Positions 14,663 to 19,979 of a stretch of 19,979 nt of DNA are shown one piece after another. Positions within the stretch are counted from its first letter, which is position 1. Every line of letters starts with the position of its first letter. A program made the translations under genes and the position numbers. The notes under the pieces were generated by a model, which had not been told where the DNA came from, searched no databases, and saw nothing but the letters and a program-made list of their open reading frames with translations. This DNA comes from a virus: the UHGV virus genome UHGV-0128318; one strand, given 5' to 3'.

Positions 14663-14678
14663 CTGTAATTTTATACAG
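14663..14678. promoter_or_regulatory. LexA (SOS) box CTGT-aattttat-ACAG overlapping a candidate promoter (TTGAGT-17-TACAGT)
   Basis: Matches the CTGT-N8-ACAG consensus with an AT-rich spacer; the only such site found in the window. Confidence 0.55.
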
Positions 14679-14716
14679 TACAAACAACCTTTTTTAGTTA
14701 AATGGTATGAGATTTA

Positions 14717-14920
14717 ATGTCTGAAGCAGCCGTATCAACTCTTGAACAACTCGATTCAAATTTAAGAGATATTGACGCCATTCTGGATCTGGTTAGCGTC
14801 ACCCTGGCTTCTCCAGAAGCCAGCCTACATATTGGTGAGGTTTCACGACTCATCAACATGTCGCGAGAGATTGCCCAGCATTGTCAGAAAACTATCGCTG
14901 TTGAGCGTTCACATCATTGA
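14717..14920 (+). CDS. Small SOS-controlled protein, 67 aa; candidate LexA-regulated antirepressor (AntC/Tum-like by regulation and position)
   Basis: First ORF downstream of the LexA box; N15 is known to have a LexA-controlled small antirepressor. No sequence-level identification was possible. Confidence 0.4.
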   Translation: MSEAAVSTLEQLDSNLRDIDAILDLVSVTLASPEASLHIGEVSRLINMSREIAQHCQKTIAVERSHH

Positions 14921-14962
14921 TGCACACCCCGCCCTTCTGGACGGGGTAGTAAAAGAGTCTAA

Positions 14963-15250
14963 TTAATAAACAGCGCGAATATCGATGGCTGCGCCGCAGG
15001 CATGAGCATATTTAGCCAAAGTTTTCATACTTGCCCCTAAAGGATTGCTTTCCAGGCGGCTGATGGCTGACGGTCGTAACCCCATTCGTTCAGCCAGAGC
15101 TGATTTCGTTAAACCTGCTCTTTCCCTCATTTCGTATAACATTTCGACCATCTCCAGCTCTTTGTCGGCCTCTTCATATCCTTTGACGGCTTCTGGAGTG
15201 TTGAGGAGTTTTTCTTTTACTTCGTTAAACGGGATGCCTTTCGCTTTCAT
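14963..15250 (-). CDS. HTH (XRE-family) antitoxin, HigA-like, 95 aa
   Basis: HTH segment LTKSALAERMGLRPSAISRLES; translationally coupled (ATGA) to the upstream toxin gene. Confidence 0.75.
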   Translation of the reverse strand: MKAKGIPFNEVKEKLLNTPEAVKGYEEADKELEMVEMLYEMRERAGLTKSALAERMGLRPSAISRLESNPLGASMKTLAKYAHACGAAIDIRAVY

Positions 15251-15561
15251 CAGTTCATCTCCTTCAGGCGAGTTCTGGCGATTTCGATAGCCTTCACCGG
15301 TGTTTTCTGTGTCTTTTTTACAAATGCATGCAATAGATAAATTTCGTTACCAGTCGCGTAGGCGTACAGCGTTCTTGCGATGTTTTTATCCCCTACTCGT
15401 AGTTCAAAAAGCCCTCCACCTATTACACGGCTATGGGGCATCTTCAGTTTGTTGCCTTCTTTCTCCAGTCGCTCAATTAATCTGGCCATGCGACCTCGCA
15501 AATCATCTGGTAGTTCAAGCAGTTCATCCAGTGCTGCAGGGTGGGTTATCACGTTAAACAT
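15250..15561 (-). CDS. Gp49-like (RelE/HigB-fold) toxin, about 103 aa (MFNVITHPAALDEL...LLHAFVKKTQKTP...)
   Basis: Hallmark LLHAFVKKTQKTP motif of the Gp49-like family; ATG at 15561 with GGAGG at about 8 nt; the track's longer start lacks an RBS. Confidence 0.8.
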   Translation of the reverse strand: MFNVITHPAALDELLELPDDLRGRMARLIERLEKEGNKLKMPHSRVIGGGLFELRVGDKNIARTLYAYATGNEIYLLHAFVKKTQKTPVKAIEIARTRLKEMN

Positions 15562-15726
15562 ATTATAGCCTCCACATCCATAAAATACACCAAAACAAGA
15601 AAACAACGCAAATTAAAAATTTCATTAAAAAGCGAAAAATAACACTGGATGTGTTCGTTTGGCAGAGTTACAGTTCGTGTCATTGAGGGGCAATAACCCA
15701 CTAACTATATGAATTTGGAGGATATT

Positions 15727-15948
15727 ATGAATTATCAAGGTAACGAAAAAATGCGCGGCGACGTTGCGGAGATAGCTAACGAACTGTATGAGTTGTGGCA
15801 GAAGGTTGAACGTTTCGAAAAGGAATATGGTTTCAACAGTACCAACCTAACAGACCGACTGGCTGGTCGCTTAGTTGGGACTATGGGGCCAAAACTGGCT
15901 GAGTTGAACAGCTTTATGGCTGATGTTGATTTCCAGTTTCAAGATTGA
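15727..15948 (+). CDS. Hypothetical small protein, 73 aa
   Basis: ATG at 15727 with GGAGG at 8 nt. Confidence 0.45.
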   Translation: MNYQGNEKMRGDVAEIANELYELWQKVERFEKEYGFNSTNLTDRLAGRLVGTMGPKLAELNSFMADVDFQFQD

Positions 15949-15961
15949 TTAGAGAGGCGTT

Positions 15962-16189
15962 ATGAATATTAATGAAATTCGTGGAAATATGACTGAAGCG
16001 GCCCTGAGTGTGGAATGTGTTATGCGTGGATACCCACACATTTCCCTGAAAGAGTTAAGCGAAGCCTGTTTTTTGAGTCAAGCTGCCGTTGAATTTATCA
16101 TCGAACAGATGATCTGTTTTGGGGTTGCAAAGCGTAGCGGATCTGGTCGATATTCTTTGACCGATGAATATAAGCAGGCAACTTTCTAA
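15962..16189 (+). CDS. Hypothetical small protein, 75 aa, possibly winged-helix
   Basis: ORF with RBS GAGAGG. Confidence 0.45.
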   Translation: MNINEIRGNMTEAALSVECVMRGYPHISLKELSEACFLSQAAVEFIIEQMICFGVAKRSGSGRYSLTDEYKQATF

Positions 16190-16193
16190 AAGC

Positions 16194-16213
16194 TGTGCGA
16201 CCACGGTCGCACA
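16194..16213. repeat. SopB-type centromere-like palindrome tgtgcgacc-ac-ggtcgcaca (family 1), intergenic
   Basis: 9-bp perfect arms, 5 nt after the stop of the preceding gene. Confidence 0.5.
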
Positions 16214-16298
16214 GCACAAAAACGAAAAAGCTTGGCAAAATGACGGTTTTTAGTTATTGTTTTGTTAAGTTGGGTTTTTTGTACCCAACAGCCAACAA

Positions 16299-16321
16299 GC
16301 CGCCTTTATGGCGGTTTTTTT
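16299..16321 (+). terminator. Intrinsic terminator (gccgcc-tttat-ggcgg then T7)
   Basis: GC stem with a U-tract; preceded by a second hairpin gttgggt-ttttttgt-acccaac. Confidence 0.7.
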
Positions 16322-16338
16322 GTGCCTGAAAAGTGGGC

Positions 16339-16364
16339 GCAGGACAAGTTGCAGCTTGTCCTGC
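16339..16364. promoter_or_regulatory. Perfect 10-bp inverted repeat gcaggacaag-ttgcag-cttgtcctgc upstream of the methyltransferase gene
   Basis: Seen directly; no U-tract follows, so more likely an operator or RNA structure than a terminator. Confidence 0.4.
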
Positions 16365-16408
16365 GGTCAACCCATGCCAGAGCTATAGGCTGAACCTAAA
16401 GCCCACCC

Positions 16409-16422
16409 GCGATGCGCATCGC
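16409..16422. promoter_or_regulatory. Perfect 14-bp palindrome gcgatgcgcatcgc overlapping the first in-frame ATG of the methyltransferase ORF
   Basis: Seen directly. Confidence 0.4.
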
Positions 16423-17533
16423 CGGGTTAGCTTACCCAGGCAAAAAAATAATAGCTATGTTCAAAACCACTAATATTCATGGCGCACAACTCGTTTGCGC
16501 AGATTCTCTGCAATTTATCAAAACCATCCCTGATAACTCGGTCAATTTGATTGCAACAGACCCACCATACTTCGGCGTAAAGGCTAACGCATGGGATAAC
16601 CAGTGGGATAGCGATGCTGACTTTTTGGGGTGGATTGACGAATTTTTGGCAGAATTTTGGCGGATATTGGCCCCTAATGGCAGCCTGTATATGTTTACCG
16701 GCTCTCGCCTTGCGTCAAAAATTGAATTATTAACTCGCGACCGTTTCAATGTTCTGAACCATATCATTTGGGCTAAACCCAGTGGTATGTGGCGCGGTTG
16801 TCATAAAGAAAGTTTAAGGGCTTATTTTCCTGCTACTGAAAGAATATTATTTGCAGAGCATTACGGCGCGTCAGGTTATGCTAAAGGTCAGTCAGGTTAT
16901 GCTTCAAAATGTGCAGATTTAAGAAAAAATATTTTTTCTCCACTAATTGATGCTTTTTCGCTGGCTCGCCGTCAGTTAGATATATCAGCCGCAGACATTA
17001 ATTCAGCGACAGGAAAGCAGATGTGTTCACACTGGTTTTCTTATTCGCAGTGGCGGCTTCCATCATTAATTGATTTTAATAAACTATGCGAATTATTTCG
17101 CAGGAAGGCAGATTCACTCGGTGTCCCGTGTCCATATCCTTTTAATGTTGATTATTCAGAACATGAAAAGCGTTATAGCGATCTGAAATTGCATTATGAG
17201 GAAGTAAAGAAGCAGTATGATGATTTGAAGGCTCAGTATGAAAATTTACGCCGTCCATTTCATGTTACTGCTGATGTACCTTATACCGATGTATGGGAGT
17301 TTCCTCCTGTGCAATATTATCCTGGCAAGCACCCATGTGAAAAACCTGCAGCGATGATGGAACATATTATAAAGAGTAGTTCACGCCCCGGAGATATCGT
17401 TGCCGATTTCTTTATGGGATCAGGCTCAACTATTAAAGCTGCGCTGAAGTTAGGACGTCAGGCAATAGGTATTGAGATTGAGGGCGAACGTTATCTTCAG
17501 ACAGTTGATGAAGTGAAAAAGTTATTTGAGTAA
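16412..17533 (+). CDS. Orphan DNA methyltransferase of the N6-adenine/N4-cytosine amino-MTase family (beta-class: DPPY motif N-terminal, FxGxG motif C-terminal)
   Basis: Motifs IATDPPYF and DFFMGSGST; no adjacent restriction endonuclease gene. The true start may be the ATG at 16457 (MFKTTNIHG...). Confidence 0.85.
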   Translation: MRIAGLAYPGKKIIAMFKTTNIHGAQLVCADSLQFIKTIPDNSVNLIATDPPYFGVKANAWDNQWDSDADFLGWIDEFLAEFWRILAPNGSLYMFTGSRLASKIELLTRDRFNVLNHIIWAKPSGMWRGCHKESLRAYFPATERILFAEHYGASGYAKGQSGYASKCADLRKNIFSPLIDAFSLARRQLDISAADINSATGKQMCSHWFSYSQWRLPSLIDFNKLCELFRRKADSLGVPCPYPFNVDYSEHEKRYSDLKLHYEEVKKQYDDLKAQYENLRRPFHVTADVPYTDVWEFPPVQYYPGKHPCEKPAAMMEHIIKSSSRPGDIVADFFMGSGSTIKAALKLGRQAIGIEIEGERYLQTVDEVKKLFE

Positions 17534-17628
17534 CTGGAGAATATATTCCCCTGCCGTTTTTGGTAGGGGTTATTTTCGCCATATAGTTTCCAAGCCGAAA
17601 CCTCAGCAACTATTGCGAGGTAAGAGAT

Positions 17629-17901
17629 ATGAAGATGGATGAACGATACAGCAGTGCATCTTATGGTAGCGCCGGTCTTGCTGCGTTCTTTGCCAGCCTG
17701 TCATTGCAGGATTGGGGCTTCATTATCGGTGTCGCGTTCAGCATTATCCTCGGTGTGCTTACATACCGGCTCAATAAACGCGAGCAGATGAAGCGCACGA
17801 AGATATTGCAGGAGATATTGGATAAAACTAATACCAATAATCTTTCTGCTACAGCGATGGTTATTGGAGAGCTGGGGAAGAGAGCACCGAAGGAAATATG
17901 A
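17629..17901 (+). CDS. Class II holin (pinholin-like, two TM segments), 90 aa
   Basis: Two hydrophobic helices followed by a charged C-terminus; immediately upstream of and overlapping the endolysin start. Confidence 0.7.
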   Translation: MKMDERYSSASYGSAGLAAFFASLSLQDWGFIIGVAFSIILGVLTYRLNKREQMKRTKILQEILDKTNTNNLSATAMVIGELGKRAPKEI

Positions 17902-18398
17902 TGCAGTCATCATTACGCAAAGCTGTTACAGCTGCTATTGGTGGCGGGGCTATTGCCATAGCGTCTATGCTCATCACTGGCCCAAGTGGTAACGATGGTC
18001 TGGAAGGTGTCAGTTACATACCATACAAAGATATTGTTGGCGTATGGACTGTATGTTACGGACACACTGGAAAAGACATCATGCTAGGTAAAACGTATAC
18101 CGAAGCAGAATGCAAAGCTCTCCTGAATAAAGACCTTGCCACTGTCGCCAGACAAATTAACCCGTACATCAAAGTCGATATACCGGAAACAACGCGCGGC
18201 GCTCTTTACTCGTTCGTTTACAACGTGGGCGCTGGTAATTTCAGAACATCGACGCTTCTTCGCAAAATAAACCAGGGCGATATCAAAGGCGCATGTGATC
18301 AGCTACGTCGCTGGATATCTGCTGGCGGTAAGCAATGGAAAGGCCTGATGACTCGTCGTGAGATTGAGCGTGAAGTCTGTTTGTGGGGTCAACAATGA
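17898..18398 (+). CDS. SAR endolysin (phage lysozyme, T4-lysozyme/GH24-like, with N-terminal signal-anchor-release domain)
   Basis: Gly/Ala-rich N-terminal TM ([20 protein letters not shown]) and catalytic region [14 protein letters not shown]; ATGA overlap with the holin. Confidence 0.85.
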   Translation: MMQSSLRKAVTAAIGGGAIAIASMLITGPSGNDGLEGVSYIPYKDIVGVWTVCYGHTGKDIMLGKTYTEAECKALLNKDLATVARQINPYIKVDIPETTRGALYSFVYNVGAGNFRTSTLLRKINQGDIKGACDQLRRWISAGGKQWKGLMTRREIEREVCLWGQQ

Positions 18399-18862
18399 GC
18401 AGAGTAACCGCAATTATCTCCGCACTGGTTATCTGCATCATCGTCTGCCTGTCGTGGGCTGTTAATCATTACCGTGATAACGCCATCGCCTACAAAGAAC
18501 AGCGTGATAAAAAAGTCAGTGAGCTGAAGCAGGCGACCGCCACCATCGCTGACATGCAGCAGCGTCAGCGTGATGTTGCTGCGCTCGATGCAAAATACAC
18601 GAAGGAGTTGGCTGATGCGAAAGCTGAAAATGATGCTCTTCGGCGCAAGCTTGATAATGGTGGTCGGGTGCTCGTCAAAGGAAAATGCTCTGTGCCATCC
18701 TCAGCCGAAACCTCCAGCGCCTCCGGCATGGGCAATGATGCCACCGTCGAACTCTCTCCAGTTGCTGGACGAAACGTTCTCGGTATCCGGGACGGAATCA
18801 TCAGAGACCAGACAGCACTGAGAACGCTTCAGGAATACATCAAGACGCAATGCCCGAATTAA
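18395..18862 (+). CDS. Rz-like i-spanin (N-terminal TM, coiled-coil periplasmic domain)
   Basis: ATG overlaps the endolysin stop (ATGA); TM segment [14 protein letters not shown]; contains the embedded Rz1 frame. Confidence 0.75.
   Translation: MSRVTAIISALVICIIVCLSWAVNHYRDNAIAYKEQRDKKVSELKQATATIADMQQRQRDVAALDAKYTKELADAKAENDALRRKLDNGGRVLVKGKCSVPSSAETSSASGMGNDATVELSPVAGRNVLGIRDGIIRDQTALRTLQEYIKTQCPN
18615..18821 (+). CDS. Rz1-like o-spanin lipoprotein embedded in the +1 frame of Rz (lipobox ...IMVVGC, Pro-rich mature part)
   Basis: ATG at 18615 with GAAGGAG at 7 nt; signal peptide with lipobox Cys; [10 protein letters not shown] typical of Rz1. Confidence 0.7.
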   Translation: MRKLKMMLFGASLIMVVGCSSKENALCHPQPKPPAPPAWAMMPPSNSLQLLDETFSVSGTESSETRQH

Positions 18863-18903
18863 TCCCTCTGTATCAAAAACGAACTCAATTTGTTGGATAG
18901 TGA

Positions 18904-19215
18904 ATGAAAATTTATATTGCCGGGCCAATGACTGGATATGAGAACTTTAATCGTGACGCCTTTAATAAAGAGGCAGATCGTTTGTCACGACATGGTCACT
19001 CTGTCTTGAATCCAGCCACTTTGCCTAATGGTCTGACACAACGTGAATACATGGATATTTGCTTTGCAATGCTTCGTTGTGCTGATGCTATTTTGATGCT
19101 TCCTGGCTGGAAAGCGTCTGCTGGAGCAACTGCTGAGTATCATTACGCATACAAGATGGAGATGCCGGTATTCACTACGCTGAATTACCCGCCAGCTTGT
19201 TCCTCTGTAGCATAA
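18904..19215 (+). CDS. DUF4406-like protein (nucleoside 2-deoxyribosyltransferase-like fold), 103 aa
   Basis: MKIYIAGPMTG ... NPA ... CDAILMLPGWKASAGA pattern recalled for this family. Confidence 0.55.
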   Translation: MKIYIAGPMTGYENFNRDAFNKEADRLSRHGHSVLNPATLPNGLTQREYMDICFAMLRCADAILMLPGWKASAGATAEYHYAYKMEMPVFTTLNYPPACSSVA

Positions 19216-19233
19216 AAATCTCTTTGTTTCTCG

Positions 19234-19253
19234 TGTGCGACCGTGGTCGCACA
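19234..19253. repeat. SopB-type centromere-like palindrome tgtgcgacc-gt-ggtcgcaca (family 1)
   Basis: 9-bp perfect arms. Confidence 0.5.
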
Positions 19254-19453
19254 TTAAATACCGCGCTGCATCGTCGCCGTATTTCCGCATTAACCATGAC
19301 CGTAGCCCGACGGGGAACTCCTCTGCGCGAGTGTGCGGAAATAATCAAAAACGATGCACACCGGGTTTTTACCGCGCTAATGATTCGCGGGTTTGTCCCT
19401 CATGCTCGCCAGTCCTGTGCGAGGGTGGAAGAAACAGGGCATGTATTCAGGAG

Positions 19454-19473
19454 CGTGCGACCGTGGTCGCACG
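19454..19473. repeat. SopB-type centromere-like palindrome cgtgcgacc-gt-ggtcgcacg (family 1)
   Basis: 9-bp perfect arms; 200 bp downstream of the previous copy. Confidence 0.5.
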
Positions 19474-19495
19474 GTATCTTTGTCAGGAGGTTTTG

Positions 19496-19810
19496 ATGAA
19501 AGAGTTGCAAAAAATTAATTCAATAATGGAAAGATTAAGTGCTCTTGAGCGTAAGCTGGACGATTGTGGAAAGCTGTGTGTTGAAAAGCAAAATGAGCTT
19601 TACCGGGAATTTTTTACAATCGTAAGTGAGCTGATGCCAATTGTTAATAACTGCCTGATGACATCCAGATTTTTTAATGTCGATGCTACTACATCCAGAA
19701 AATTTTCTGTGAAAATTCAAGAAAGAGTTTCTGGTAGTGTGACAAGAGAGATGGCTGAACAGTTGGTGGCAATGAGCAATAAAACAAAAAGAAAAAAGCA
19801 TTGCTTGTAA
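19496..19810 (+). CDS. AT-rich moron-like gene, 104 aa, unknown function (N-terminal coiled-coil, basic C-terminus)
   Basis: ATG with AGGAGG at 6 nt; by eye about 35% GC against a roughly 50% GC background; located between the lysis cassette and cos. Confidence 0.5.
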   Translation: MKELQKINSIMERLSALERKLDDCGKLCVEKQNELYREFFTIVSELMPIVNNCLMTSRFFNVDATTSRKFSVKIQERVSGSVTREMAEQLVAMSNKTKRKKHCL

Positions 19811-19843
19811 CAGCAAATCAGCTTTCAGGGCGCGTTGACTTTC

Positions 19844-19979
19844 AGGTGTTGTGATATGCAGATGATAATTATTATCATTTGCGGGTCCTTTCCAGTGATC
19901 CGACAGGTTACGGGGCGTCAGGCGCGCGGGTTTTCGCTATTTATGAAAATTTTCCGGTTTAAGGCGTTTCCGTTCTTCT
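19844..19979 (+). other. Lambda-like cos region: cosQ-like segment, cosN-equivalent 12-mer at 19913-19924 (gggcgtcaggcg), and the start of cosB; the window ends inside cosB
   Basis: Near-identity to the phage lambda genome ends as I recall them: ...gatgataattattatcatttgcgggtcctttcc.gtgatccgacaggttacg upstream and cgcgggttttcgctatttatgaaaattttccggtttaaggcgtttccgttcttct downstream; the 12-mer differs from lambda GGGCGGCGACCT at about 5 positions. Confidence 0.8.

Noticed and set aside
14921-14962. Hairpin ccccgcc-cttctg-gacgggg between the convergent SOS-controlled ORF and the antitoxin gene, as a bidirectional terminator
   Set aside because: The stem is imperfect and no U-tract follows on either strand; noted only as a possible structure.
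19355-19400. cosB R-site-like motifs (caccgggttttt, tcgcgggtttgt) about 500 bp upstream of cosN
   Set aside because: The resemblance to cgcgggttttcgc is short and could be chance; their distance from cosN makes a packaging role unlikely without further evidence.
19197-19810. Long track ORFs 19197..19496 and 19235..19810 extending upstream of the cos-proximal gene
   Set aside because: The extensions run through two palindromic sites in GC-rich DNA with no RBS; the AGGAGG-preceded ATG at 19496 is the credible start.
1-19979. Search for CRISPR arrays, tRNA/rRNA genes, IS elements, integrase and att sites
   Set aside because: No spaced direct-repeat arrays, no tRNA-like cloverleaf regions, no transposase or integrase-like ORFs and no terminal inverted repeats were seen; the element appears to be maintained as a linear plasmid rather than integrated.

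Overview
The window reads as the right arm of an N15-like linear phage-plasmid, running from inside the protelomerase gene telN to a lambda-like cos site. All calls rest on reading the sequence and recalled family signatures; no database search or folding was run. Gene order is telN (5'-truncated; the telRL site must lie upstream, outside the window), then a leftward anti-immunity operon (structured leader RNA with intrinsic terminator, icd-like, antA-like, Bro-N antirepressor), an AT-rich block encoding a secreted Cys-rich protein and a membrane protein, the 1329-aa primase-helicase repA, the cB repressor and cro separated by two 16-bp palindromic operators, and a Q-like gene. A long rightward operon of small unknown genes follows, then a LexA-box-controlled small ORF, a Gp49/HigB-like toxin with its HTH antitoxin, an orphan DNA methyltransferase, a pinholin/SAR-endolysin/Rz/Rz1 lysis cassette, an AT-rich moron and cos. 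Non-coding signals include five F-sopC-like palindromes (TGCGACC-NN-GGTCGCA), a second palindrome family (CGTGAC-YR-GTCACG, three copies), and a GATC-rich AT-rich patch in the repA 3' end. No rRNA, tRNA, CRISPR array or IS element was seen. The best candidates for something undescribed are the AT-rich secreted/membrane protein pair downstream of repA, the second palindrome family, and the cos-proximal moron bracketed by two centromere-like sites.
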